The notes under the pieces are model-generated. The model was not told the origin of the DNA. It ran no database searches and was given only the letters and a program-made list of their open reading frames with translations. A stretch of DNA of 64,000 nt from an uncultured virus (IMG/VR IMGVR_UViG_3300023179_005195) (taxonomy: Duplodnaviria > Heunggongvirae > Uroviricota > Caudoviricetes): the IMG/VR virus record IMGVR_UViG_3300023179_005195, positions 1 through 64,000 of that record, one strand, 5' to 3'. The position numbers and the translations under genes were made by a program. Shown piece after piece: positions 29,310 through 38,494 of this stretch (position 1 is its first letter; each line of letters begins with the position of its first letter).

Positions 29310-29702
29310 ATGGAAATTATTATTTTAATAGTAGGTATTGTTGCAGGAGCAGTTTGGTGGTTTTATAACAAAAATCCAAAAATACAAGAAGCAACTTCAA
29401 GTTTAATTAACAAAGCCGGAGAAGTTATACCTAATACAATGGACGTAAACAAGGACGGAAAGGTAAATTTATCTGACGTAAAGGCTTTAACGTCCAAAGC
29501 GGAAGAAGAAGCCAAACAAATCGCCACAAAAGTAGAAGAAACTGTTAAAAAGACTAGAGGCAGAGCTAAAAAACTTGCAGATTTAGACGGTGATGGTAAA
29601 GTGACTCTTTCAGATGCTAGAGTAGCAGCTAAAAGAGCCAAGACTAAAGTCGAGGAAACTGTGGTTAAGAAAACTCGTGGCAGGACGAAAAAGGCTCAAT
29701 AA
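29310..29702 (+). CDS. Membrane-anchored protein with two DxxxDG calcium-loop motifs
   Basis: N-terminal TM; DVNKDGKVNLSD and DLDGDGKVTLSD, each followed by KVEETV..KTRGR. Confidence 0.75.
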   Translation: MEIIILIVGIVAGAVWWFYNKNPKIQEATSSLINKAGEVIPNTMDVNKDGKVNLSDVKALTSKAEEEAKQIATKVEETVKKTRGRAKKLADLDGDGKVTLSDARVAAKRAKTKVEETVVKKTRGRTKKAQ

Positions 29703-30731
29703 TTAAATTAAGCCATTGGTTTCGGCAAACTCAAACAAGGCAAAACTGGCAATATTTTTACCTTTACTTTCGCACATGATATCGAATTGATCAGCGAATC
29801 TAAGAACATATCTATTCACTGTGTGATTCCAGAAAAAATCACTGTGAGCACGTAATTTTTGTTTTGTTATACCTCGTCTTAGTATTGATTCCATAAAAGG
29901 AGCTCCGCCCGGATCGTGTCCTACCAATACATCTTCTCTACTTATACTGTAATGAAGAACAGGCCTTTCTCCTCGCCAACTTTCTAATACTTTGTAAACA
30001 AGAGGATCTTCTGGTTGAATATACTCTCCTTCTCTAACCCAAAAATGATGTACATCTAGTACAATAGGCAAGATATCTGCTAATTCTAAACAATCAGCTA
30101 GGCCGTACTTTATTTCTTCATTTTCGATGGTAATTGTGTTACGTGCTTCTGGAGACAATCTTGAAAAGACGTTTCTAATGCCTTGGGGACCGGCGCGACC
30201 CGCGATGTGGACATTGATTTTAAAGTCTTGAAATTTCTTACCGTATCCCATCCAACGGGCCATATCCACATGATATTCAAATTCCTCTATTGACCTATTA
30301 ACAATTTCTGGATTATCAGAAGCAAGCACAGTATACTGGCCAGGATGAAAAGACAAGCGAATATTATCCCTACGAGCAATATCCCCAATAGTGAGAAAAT
30401 GGCGTTCAAGATACTGGCGAACGGTGTTATCTCTATAGAAATAGCTCCAACTTGGTTCAGTATAAACAGGGAGAATGTCACTGCTAAGACGTACCATACG
30501 AAGTTTTTCATTTAATTTCCCAACCCTTTCAACTAATAAACGTGTAGATTCAATATTGTTTTTAAGTAGATCCCACAGTTTTTTTTCAGCAACATCTTTA
30601 CTTTGTCTATTTAACCAAGCTACGGTAGTCGTGCCTGTATTATATTTTTTACAGTCGTCTTTAGCCTTAATTCCGTTTACTTGATCAGGCCTATCAATCC
30701 ACTTACACGCAAAACCAATTTTTTTTGTCAT
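29703..30731 (-). CDS. uvdE: UV-damage endonuclease UvdE
   Basis: IGFAC, RLSSD, RLSFHPGQY, INVH, TIENEE, LDVHH, RAHSD, DIMCESK. Confidence 0.92.
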   Translation of the reverse strand: MTKKIGFACKWIDRPDQVNGIKAKDDCKKYNTGTTTVAWLNRQSKDVAEKKLWDLLKNNIESTRLLVERVGKLNEKLRMVRLSSDILPVYTEPSWSYFYRDNTVRQYLERHFLTIGDIARRDNIRLSFHPGQYTVLASDNPEIVNRSIEEFEYHVDMARWMGYGKKFQDFKINVHIAGRAGPQGIRNVFSRLSPEARNTITIENEEIKYGLADCLELADILPIVLDVHHFWVREGEYIQPEDPLVYKVLESWRGERPVLHYSISREDVLVGHDPGGAPFMESILRRGITKQKLRAHSDFFWNHTVNRYVLRFADQFDIMCESKGKNIASFALFEFAETNGLI

Positions 30732-30750
30732 GTTATCTCCGATTTATATT

Positions 30751-30779
30751 ATTATAGCATTATTTTTCATATTTTACAA
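30751..30779 (-). promoter_or_regulatory. sigma70-like promoter for uvdE
   Basis: TTGTAA-17-TATAAT. Confidence 0.6.
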
Positions 30780-30791
30780 GTACAAATGGTA

Positions 30792-31463
30792 TTATCCGTG
30801 CCATTCTATTGTAGGAAACACTTCAATATTACTAACATATGTATTATCATTTAAATTTAATATTAAATCTATTATTTTTACGATTTCGGTTTTTGATAAT
30901 GCTTTGTTATGATCACCAAGAGGGTATGGATTAGATTCGTTCCACAACGGTGTATTAATTCCTCCTGGATGAATACTGAATACTTTTATTTTATCTTTTC
31001 TTAATTCTTTACCAATGATCTTGGCAAAAGATGTAAGAGCGTGTTTACTTGCACAATACACTGACTGATTATCTAAATTATAGAGTCCTGCTACACTGTT
31101 TATAAAGATAATATGACTGTTTTTACTTATATAGGGTAAAAGTAGTTTAGTAAGTATTACAGGTGATTTGATATTGACATTTAATATATTACAAATTTCT
31201 TCTATGGACAGATTTTCTAGTGTTGACTGTTTAAATCTTGCTGCATTATGTATAACCAAATCTACCTGATAAGGAAAGTTATTGAACAACTTAGCTAACT
31301 GATCATGGCATGACAAGTCTATTGGAATATGAATAAAGTTTTTATGTTCAATATTGCCAACAGTTCTAGAAAGTCCTATCACCTTAAAGTTATTTTGTAA
31401 AAAGTATTGGGCTATATCCTTGCCCAGTCCTTGACTAGTTCCTGTGATTAATGCTGTTTTCAT
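30792..31463 (-). CDS. Short-chain dehydrogenase/reductase
   Basis: TGTSQGLG, HNA, NS, YCASK, PGGINT. Confidence 0.92.
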   Translation of the reverse strand: MKTALITGTSQGLGKDIAQYFLQNNFKVIGLSRTVGNIEHKNFIHIPIDLSCHDQLAKLFNNFPYQVDLVIHNAARFKQSTLENLSIEEICNILNVNIKSPVILTKLLLPYISKNSHIIFINSVAGLYNLDNQSVYCASKHALTSFAKIIGKELRKDKIKVFSIHPGGINTPLWNESNPYPLGDHNKALSKTEIVKIIDLILNLNDNTYVSNIEVFPTIEWHG

Positions 31464-32529
31464 ATTCTAAGAATATTTCAATGGTTTTTTTTAAGTCGTC
31501 TGAAGTGACACCATTAGTAATGATATTCTTTCCTAAAGTTTTTGGTAAAGGAATATTTTGATAACCGTCTCTATGTAGTGTTGTCTCTTCTAGTGACATT
31601 AGAATTAAATTTATGTCTGCGAAATCCGAATGAAAAGTTGGCAGTTTGTATTTTCTTATACAATTGTATATACGATTTAGGTCTTGTTTGGTTATAAAGT
31701 TTTTATAATAACTTAAGCAACAGGAAAAAAAGCAATCTAACATTACTGCTTCACCATGTAACATAGAAGGTAGATTTTTCATTTCAATCATAGGACTAAA
31801 TGTATGTCCAAAATCTACTGGTCGTTTTAAGTTTCTTTCATACAGATTGTTTTGTAGTTCGTTAACCATGGTATCTATAGATTGAAATAATATTTCATCG
31901 CTATTTTGTAATGAGTTTGAAACGATATTATTACCTTGTTCAATAAGTTCGAATAATTTTAAATTGCTAATAATAGCGAGTTTTAAAATTTCACCAATTC
32001 CATTTATAATCTGTTTTTCTTCTTGAGTTTTGAAGAACTTTTTGTCTAATAAGACTTTAGAAGGGGGATAATAGCTACCCAATCTATTTCTTTTACCTAA
32101 GTAATTAATTCCAACCTTAGTACCTATACTTGCATCTACGTAGGCAAGTAAAGTAGTAGGAATTTTTATATACGGAATTCCTCTTCTATATATACTACAT
32201 GCAAATCCTACCAAATCCAATAACACTCCTCCTCCTATTGCAATTACTTCTTCTCTTCTTAAAAGATTATTATGGTTGAAAAAATTAATAATCTTTTCAA
32301 TACTTTGCAAATTTTTTTGAGTTTCTTCGATTTGAAGTTTTAGTATTACAGCATCTGGAAATATATCAAGAAAGTCGGAATATAATAAACTAATTTTTTT
32401 ATCTACAATAATAATTTGTCTTTTATTAAAATCTATATGGTTTTTTAAAAAATTATTATTAGTAAGATCATATGTTTCTATTATCGAAAATTCTTGTTCT
32501 AATTGGCAATTTATATTCCAAGTATTCAT
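31435..32529 (-). CDS. Sedoheptulose-7-phosphate cyclase, 2-epi-5-epi-valiolone synthase-like (DHQS superfamily)
   Basis: GGGVLLD, YRRG, PTTL, NRLGSY, MVNELQNNLYE, RPVDFGHTFSP, LHGEAV. Confidence 0.8.
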   Translation of the reverse strand: MNTWNINCQLEQEFSIIETYDLTNNNFLKNHIDFNKRQIIIVDKKISLLYSDFLDIFPDAVILKLQIEETQKNLQSIEKIINFFNHNNLLRREEVIAIGGGVLLDLVGFACSIYRRGIPYIKIPTTLLAYVDASIGTKVGINYLGKRNRLGSYYPPSKVLLDKKFFKTQEEKQIINGIGEILKLAIISNLKLFELIEQGNNIVSNSLQNSDEILFQSIDTMVNELQNNLYERNLKRPVDFGHTFSPMIEMKNLPSMLHGEAVMLDCFFSCCLSYYKNFITKQDLNRIYNCIRKYKLPTFHSDFADINLILMSLEETTLHRDGYQNIPLPKTLGKNIITNGVTSDDLKKTIEIFLEYENSINHRN

Positions 32530-33485
32530 TTAAAAATCTTATTAAATAGGTAACAAGCATGTACGAAGAAATATTTAGCCTTGTCTATTTCTCCTGCATA
32601 ACATTTAAATGGCAACATTCTTATAAATTGACTAGCTTCTAAAATATCTATAAATGTTAAATCTTTTTTATTAATATTATTAAGAAAACATTCTGTAAAT
32701 TTCAAATAATTTTTTGGAACTACTTGGTTATAAAATACTGAGTTACCATTGATATTGACTTCTCTATCATTAATAAATCCATAAAAGCTTCTAGAACATT
32801 GTAATACCTGACTATAGTCTAAAAACTTACTATCTATTATACTTTCTTCATATAAATCTATAAATTTTATTTTGTCTTCATCTATTGAATACATGGTGTT
32901 TTCAAGTGTGGGATTGCCATGAATAAAGTTTTCATATTCTAAATCTATAGATGAAAAATATTTTTCTAATACATGCAGCTCATTTACAATATTAGGAACT
33001 TTTTGACCATTATAAAAATATGAATTATGTTTAAGAAAATTGTTAAATCCTTCATTTTTTCTTGCATCTAAAATTTTTTGAAATATTTCTTCTTGAAAGT
33101 AAAGAAAAGTTGCTCCTTTGTTTGCAATTAACTTATTTGCATGAATTTTATTAAATGCTTGCCAAAGTGAATTATTAATTTTTAAAATGAGATTATCTGA
33201 TATATGATCTCTTGAAAAAATAGTTTTTATGTCTGTATATCCCTGTAAAAATTCTAAATCAAAATAAGCGTTGCCATTTTCTACTCCAACGCTTAAAACT
33301 TTAGGGACAAGATTTGGCCACATTGTCGTAAATCTCTGCAACTTTTTTAACTGAGAATACCATCTTACATACCCGTATTCTCTAGACGATGAAAGATTAA
33401 TGGTTTTCCTTACAAATTCAAAATTATTATCTTTATGATGATTAGTTGAACTTAAACTTCCTCCTTTTAGCGGTATAATTTGCAT
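32526..33485 (-). CDS. APH/choline-kinase-like phosphotransferase
   Basis: LKGGSLS glycine loop; IHGNPTLEN (Asn at the usual Asp); KFIDL. Confidence 0.65.
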   Translation of the reverse strand: MQIIPLKGGSLSSTNHHKDNNFEFVRKTINLSSSREYGYVRWYSQLKKLQRFTTMWPNLVPKVLSVGVENGNAYFDLEFLQGYTDIKTIFSRDHISDNLILKINNSLWQAFNKIHANKLIANKGATFLYFQEEIFQKILDARKNEGFNNFLKHNSYFYNGQKVPNIVNELHVLEKYFSSIDLEYENFIHGNPTLENTMYSIDEDKIKFIDLYEESIIDSKFLDYSQVLQCSRSFYGFINDREVNINGNSVFYNQVVPKNYLKFTECFLNNINKKDLTFIDILEASQFIRMLPFKCYAGEIDKAKYFFVHACYLFNKIFK

Positions 33486-33487
33486 AT

Positions 33488-33685
33488 TCAGTCTGCAAGG
33501 TGCTGAGTCAATAACACTATTTCTTCTTTGGTCAAGAAGAAACTATAGGTACTGGTAAAAGTTTTGTCTCTAATTTGCTGCCCCTCTAATTCTATATGAT
33601 ATAGATTTTTAGGGGAGTCGCACAAAGTTTTTTTTAAAATTAAACGAAAATCTTCAGTTTGTCTAATAATTTTTTCAGTTTTCAT
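33488..33685 (-). CDS. Hypothetical protein
   Basis: Short co-oriented ORF with overlapping start/stop. Confidence 0.6.
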   Translation of the reverse strand: MKTEKIIRQTEDFRLILKKTLCDSPKNLYHIELEGQQIRDKTFTSTYSFFLTKEEIVLLTQHLAD

Positions 33686-33876
33686 TTTGAAAAATCCTCG
33701 AACATTAATTTTCTTCCTCGTGTACCTATTTCTTGATCTAGTAAATCTTTACAGGTAATCATTAAACAGCTAGCTAACATTATAAGTTCGTTTCTATCAT
33801 CGCACATCATTATTTGACGATCTATGGGCCCCATTAGTTCTTTCATACGGTTTTTTATATCATCGTTATTCATCAT
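33682..33876 (-). CDS. Hypothetical protein
   Basis: Short co-oriented ORF with overlapping start/stop. Confidence 0.6.
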   Translation of the reverse strand: MMNNDDIKNRMKELMGPIDRQIMMCDDRNELIMLASCLMITCKDLLDQEIGTRGRKLMFEDFSK

Positions 33877-34178
33877 GTTCTCTTTAATAAGACAAATAAA
33901 TCTTTTTTATTTTTAGGTGACCAAAATTTTCCTTCCGGCCCACATCTAGTTTCATCTTGAAAAATTTTTAATCTTTCAAATCTTGCTGACCTATATCTTC
34001 CTGGTTCGTACCTTATACCTACTACAGGATCGTGTTCTTCGGTCGCTTCTGTATATGCTTTTTTACAATACAAATAACTGGATTTATCAAACCATGCCAT
34101 GGGATAATCTTGCCATCTAAAAAATCCATGAATACAGTCTTTGCATAAAACATTATCTGACATATCAAATTCTATCAC
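33873..34178 (-). CDS. Hypothetical Cys-containing protein
   Basis: CKDC..H and CGPEGKFW motifs; start may be MSDNVL. Confidence 0.65.
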   Translation of the reverse strand: MIEFDMSDNVLCKDCIHGFFRWQDYPMAWFDKSSYLYCKKAYTEATEEHDPVVGIRYEPGRYRSARFERLKIFQDETRCGPEGKFWSPKNKKDLFVLLKRT

Positions 34179-34383
34179 TTAGTAATAGTTTACACATGAA
34201 GGCATCATGCTCATCTTCGAACTCAAATAGCATGTAATCATACTCTGGCTTATAAATGAACTTATCGCCGGGTAGTCCGAATACTTCAAGGACCATGGCA
34301 CAGGTTTCATTCCACCAGATATTTCCCTGATCGTCGGACCAGTTCACTCTGATTTTGTGCTGATACTTTTTTCCAATGTCCAA
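34165..34383 (-). CDS. Hypothetical protein
   Basis: FGLPGDKF...FEDEHDAFMCKL. Confidence 0.6.
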   Translation of the reverse strand: MDIGKKYQHKIRVNWSDDQGNIWWNETCAMVLEVFGLPGDKFIYKPEYDYMLFEFEDEHDAFMCKLLLSDRI

Positions 34384-34532
34384 GAACCATCTCCGTTATC
34401 CTGCCATTTTATGGTGTCTCCCTCATTCCACCCAGTTTTAGCTAAAAAATCTGGAGGAAATTGAATCATAGCATCACCTGTTTGAGGGTCTTCTTGTACT
34501 TCCAATGTCCATTTATAATTTAAATTATTCAT
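34344..34532 (-). CDS. AbrB/MazE-like small protein
   Basis: IQFPPDFLAKTGWNEGDTIKW swapped-hairpin pattern. Confidence 0.6.
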   Translation of the reverse strand: MNNLNYKWTLEVQEDPQTGDAMIQFPPDFLAKTGWNEGDTIKWQDNGDGSWTLEKSISTKSE

Positions 34533-34555
34533 ATTTTCTCATCTATAAGTCTATT

Positions 34556-35488
34556 TTACAGTCTATATTTAAAATAGTCAATGGTATATGATAATCCTGT
34601 ACCTAAATCAATACTAGGTTCCCATTTTAATATCTTTTTGGCCATGTCTATATTTGGTCTACGTTGCAATGGATCGTCATCCGGTAGTTTTTTATATACT
34701 ATTTTGCTTACACTATGAGTCTTTTCTAAAATAATCTTGGCTAATTCCAGTATTGTAAATTCACCGGGGTTACCTAAATTTATCGGCCCGCAGGTATAAA
34801 AATCGGTGTCCATCATAGATACCATGCCACGTATTAGATCATCTACATAACAAAAGCTCCTGGTCTGGTTACCGTTACCATATATGGTAATATCTTCTCC
34901 TCTTAACGCTTGTACTATGAAATTACTGATCACACGGCCGTCGTCAATACCAACTCTTGGTCCGTATGTATTAAAAATTCTAACAATTTTTGTATCCACG
35001 TGATGTTTGCGTCTATAGTCCATAAACAGAGTTTCTGCTGAACGTTTGCCTTCATCATAACAAGCACGAGTCCCAATAGGGTTAACATTGCCCCAATAAT
35101 CTTCTGTCTGTGGGTGAATTTGAGGATCACCATAGACTTCACTAGTACTGGCTTGTAAAATTTTCGCACCTGTGCGTTTGGCCAATCCCAACATATTGTA
35201 AGCACCTAATATGCTGGTCTTCATGGTCTGTATAGGATCTAGCTGATAATACTTAGGACTAGCAGGGCAGGCCAAGTTATAGATTTCATCTACTTCTACA
35301 TACAATGGAAAACAGATATCTTGTCTTAAAAATTCAAAATAGGGATTAGGTAATAAGTGCTGGATATTTTGTATACTTCCAGTAAAATAATTATCTACAC
35401 ACAATACGTGATTACCTTTTTTTAAAAGATATTCACATAAATGGCTACCTAAAAAACCTGCTCCACCTGTTACTAATATTTTTTTCAT
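34556..35488 (-). CDS. UDP-glucuronate decarboxylase (UDP-xylose synthase-like)
   Basis: [46 protein letters not shown]. Confidence 0.92.
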   Translation of the reverse strand: MKKILVTGGAGFLGSHLCEYLLKKGNHVLCVDNYFTGSIQNIQHLLPNPYFEFLRQDICFPLYVEVDEIYNLACPASPKYYQLDPIQTMKTSILGAYNMLGLAKRTGAKILQASTSEVYGDPQIHPQTEDYWGNVNPIGTRACYDEGKRSAETLFMDYRRKHHVDTKIVRIFNTYGPRVGIDDGRVISNFIVQALRGEDITIYGNGNQTRSFCYVDDLIRGMVSMMDTDFYTCGPINLGNPGEFTILELAKIILEKTHSVSKIVYKKLPDDDPLQRRPNIDMAKKILKWEPSIDLGTGLSYTIDYFKYRL

Positions 35489-36669
35489 TATGTTCCTTTA
35501 ACAATTCTTACTAATTCTTTAGCAGTAGCACTGGCTAATGTCCATCCTAAATGGCCATGGCCTACATGATAAAATATCTTAGGATTTTTACCTTGTTTTA
35601 CAATAGGCAGCATGTTAGGGGTCATGGGTCTAAGACAAGCCCAAGGTTTGTAATATCTTGTTGAAATATCAGGAAAATTATTGTTAACCCATTTCAATAG
35701 TGGATTGATTCTATCTTGCCTTATGTCCCAATTATCACCTATTATTTCTGCTGTACCCGCTACCCTGAGATGATTACCCAGTCTGCTGGTTACTATTTTA
35801 GATTCGTCGTCTAAAAGGCTTACGAATGGAGCAGATTCTGATGAGCTCAAAGTATCTAACTTAATTGTTATACTATAGCCTTTTACTGGATAGATAGGTA
35901 AATTATCACCTAGCATTTTACTGGTATGTCTAGCATGACTGCCGTTGGCTATGATGATATGATCGTAATCTAATAATTTTTCAATAGATAGTATTTCAGT
36001 ATTAAAGAAAAATTTAACATCATATTTTTCTTCTAATTTTTTGTATAATTCGAAACAAAATTTATGAATATCTCCGGTATAATCGCTAGGCGTATATATA
36101 CCTCCAACTAGGTTATCAAATTTTTCAAGTGCGGGTTCAATTTTAAGTAATTTACTATAATCGTTAATAATTTGCCATTCGCACCCATTGTGGGCATAAA
36201 GTTCTTGTAACATCATGGCTTCATTGAAATAATTTGCATTTTTATAGATATGTAAAATACCCTTGTTCAACCGATCATATTTTATATTTTCTTCTTTTTC
36301 GATCTCACTATACAATTTACGTGATTCTAATCCTAGTGTAATTGTTTTAATTGTATTTCTAGCGAATTCATTATTTGCTGTATGATATAAAAACTTAGCT
36401 AGCCATTTGGCTTTATCCCAATCTAAACTAGGTCTTAATAAAAGCGGAGCATCTTTACGAGCCAACCATTTAATACCCTTATAGACATTTGACCAAGTAT
36501 TCCATGTTTGGCTATTACTTACAGAGATTTGCCCGCCATTTGCATAACTACATTCCATAGCAGGATAAGATTCTTTTTCATAAACTTTAACATTGTAACC
36601 TGCTTGTGTCAAATAATAAGCAGCGGTTATTCCTGCTATTCCTGCTCCAATTACTGCTACATTTTTCAT
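35488..36669 (-). CDS. dadA: FAD-dependent D-amino acid dehydrogenase-like protein
   Basis: [46 protein letters not shown]. Confidence 0.85.
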   Translation of the reverse strand: MKNVAVIGAGIAGITAAYYLTQAGYNVKVYEKESYPAMECSYANGGQISVSNSQTWNTWSNVYKGIKWLARKDAPLLLRPSLDWDKAKWLAKFLYHTANNEFARNTIKTITLGLESRKLYSEIEKEENIKYDRLNKGILHIYKNANYFNEAMMLQELYAHNGCEWQIINDYSKLLKIEPALEKFDNLVGGIYTPSDYTGDIHKFCFELYKKLEEKYDVKFFFNTEILSIEKLLDYDHIIIANGSHARHTSKMLGDNLPIYPVKGYSITIKLDTLSSSESAPFVSLLDDESKIVTSRLGNHLRVAGTAEIIGDNWDIRQDRINPLLKWVNNNFPDISTRYYKPWACLRPMTPNMLPIVKQGKNPKIFYHVGHGHLGWTLASATAKELVRIVKGT

Positions 36670-36679
36670 ATTTGCCTAA

Positions 36680-36859
36680 TTATTTTGTTTTACGCCACCA
36701 ACGTTCTGTATCTGCCCATGATTTATCACTGCAATCTCTGCACTCGTAAAAACCATTAGGCAGATCTGGTGTAATTACAATATTCAGCCAAAATCCTATA
36801 ACACATCCAAGGATTACGAGTATTACTGCACCTATTAATGAGAAAATAAAATCCTTCAT
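36680..36859 (-). CDS. Small membrane protein
   Basis: Hand-translated MKDFIFSLIGAVILVILG...; ATGA overlap with the queD stop. Confidence 0.5.
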   Translation of the reverse strand: MKDFIFSLIGAVILVILGCVIGFWLNIVITPDLPNGFYECRDCSDKSWADTERWWRKTK

Positions 36860-37419
36860 TCAAAGCCTGCAAATAAATCCTCATTCCATTCTCTATGACC
36901 TTCTCTAAAAGCCATGTTAGCCTGAGTTTCTCTTACTTCCACACGATAACACCATAGTCTGTCTGCTTCGCCTGGACCCCACATATCAGGAATATAAACA
37001 GCGTTGACATACTTGTAAAGCATGTCTGCTAGACTTTCGCAACCTAATTTAGGTAATATTGTAAGTTTCGCTAATTTTTTCTCCTGAAGTAATTTAAATG
37101 TTTGAAATTCCGGATCATCTTGTGCCACCAGTAATGTATGATCGAATTTATCTTCTAAAAATTTTTTTAATTCTTTTAATCCGCCATAATCAGCAGCCCA
37201 GTTCCTTACATCTAAATCATTAGTTCCAAAATAGAATTTCATAGAAAATGAATAACCGTGTATCATATTACAATGGCTGTCAGCTCGCCATTGACGATAT
37301 GCACAAGGAAATGCGTCATGATATTCTTTTGTACTGGTATATTTGTATGTTACAGGATAATATGTTGAAAAGCTTGTTTCAGAATTTTGTTTTAGTTCTA
37401 ATGTTGATGATCTTGTCAT
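36856..37419 (-). CDS. queD: 6-carboxytetrahydropterin synthase (QueD/PTPS family)
   Basis: HCNMIHGY, DYGGLK, FDHTLL, CESLA, EVRET. Confidence 0.85.
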   Translation of the reverse strand: MTRSSTLELKQNSETSFSTYYPVTYKYTSTKEYHDAFPCAYRQWRADSHCNMIHGYSFSMKFYFGTNDLDVRNWAADYGGLKELKKFLEDKFDHTLLVAQDDPEFQTFKLLQEKKLAKLTILPKLGCESLADMLYKYVNAVYIPDMWGPGEADRLWCYRVEVRETQANMAFREGHREWNEDLFAGFE

Positions 37420-37445
37420 CTCTTGCCTCCTTGAGTAAGTTTGAT

Positions 37446-37488
37446 GACATGCAGAATATTTAAAGTGGGGTGAATGTCTAAGTCCACT
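37446..37488 (-). ncRNA. Candidate preQ1-I-like riboswitch / H-type pseudoknot in the queD leader
   Basis: P1 AGUGG/CCACU; loop GACAU pairs with downstream AUGUC; CACCC before the P1 3' strand; begins at the predicted TSS. Confidence 0.45.
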
Positions 37489-37493
37489 GAGTA

Positions 37494-37841
37494 CTAATTA
37501 TATGTATCTTTTATATGTTTGTCAATACTCATGTTTTGATGAACTGATTTTTTAATATCTCTAATATCAGCAATTAGCATCTTAAGTAATTCAGTCTCGT
37601 AATATTTATGGTTAATAATTTCTTTAACAACTTGCATTGTCCAATACCACCAAATCACTGCTATGATAAATCCCGAACTTATTAAAAAGTAATGAAAATG
37701 ACTAGTATCTTTTAAAAAATAGTCTAGCAATATTATACTTACAATTATAACAACTAATATACTTAATCTAATCCATACTCCTCTTTGTCTATTAAATTGT
37801 TGTAGTTTTTCTATGTGCCTATTCAAAATAAAGTTGACCAT
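37494..37841 (-). CDS. Two-TM membrane protein
   Basis: Start MVNFIL with SD GGGAG; two hydrophobic helices. Confidence 0.7.
   Translation of the reverse strand: MVNFILNRHIEKLQQFNRQRGVWIRLSILVVIIVSIILLDYFLKDTSHFHYFLISSGFIIAVIWWYWTMQVVKEIINHKYYETELLKMLIADIRDIKKSVHQNMSIDKHIKDTYN
37497..37525 (-). promoter_or_regulatory. Consensus sigma70 promoter for queD
   Basis: TTGACA-17-TATAAT. Confidence 0.8.
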
Positions 37842-37900
37842 GATGTTCTCCCATAAGCACAATTATTTAATTACTCTTAGAGGAGAATTTTCTTGTAAGT

Positions 37901-38485
37901 TTATCTGGAGGCTACGATCCTATCACATAGTCCATAAACAAATGCTTCTTCTGCACTCATAAACTTATCGCGATCCATGTCACGCTCAAAGTCTTCATAG
38001 GTCTTACCTGCGGTATTATGTTTCACATACAGGTTGGTTAACATATGTTTCATGGCCATAATTTCTTTATAGGAAATTTCAATATCTGATGCCATACCTC
38101 TAGCACCTCCACTGGGCTGGTGAATCATATGGCGTGCATGGGGCAACATATAGCGTTTACCCGCAGTGCCTGCCTGTGCTAAAAATGACCCCATAGAACA
38201 GGCTTGCCCTAAAACATATGTGGCAATGTCTGGTTTAACAAACTGCATGACATCATAGATAGCCATGCCTGCTGTAATTATACCGCCTGGGCTATTGATA
38301 TAAAAATTAATATCTTTGTCAGAGTCTTGACTTTCTAAGTGTAGAATTTGAGCGATGATTAAATTACTTACATTGTCGTCTACTGGACCATTTAGAAAAA
38401 CAATACGTTCGTTTAAAAGTCTACTGTAAATGTCAAAGGCACGTTCACCTTGACTGGTCCGTTCAATTACCATAGGTACTAGCAT
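37901..38485 (-). CDS. clpP: ClpP protease proteolytic subunit
   Basis: [24 protein letters not shown] (Ser), MIHQP (His), MDRD (Asp). Confidence 0.96.
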   Translation of the reverse strand: MLVPMVIERTSQGERAFDIYSRLLNERIVFLNGPVDDNVSNLIIAQILHLESQDSDKDINFYINSPGGIITAGMAIYDVMQFVKPDIATYVLGQACSMGSFLAQAGTAGKRYMLPHARHMIHQPSGGARGMASDIEISYKEIMAMKHMLTNLYVKHNTAGKTYEDFERDMDRDKFMSAEEAFVYGLCDRIVASR

Positions 38486-38494
38486 TTTTTATCC

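Noticed and set aside
31435..32529. Calling this aroB (3-dehydroquinate synthase)
   Set aside because: Active-site region motifs fit SH7P cyclases better, and no shikimate genes are nearby.
34344..34532. Toxin-antitoxin pair around the AbrB/MazE-like gene
   Set aside because: The neighbours show no MazF, PIN or other toxin motifs.
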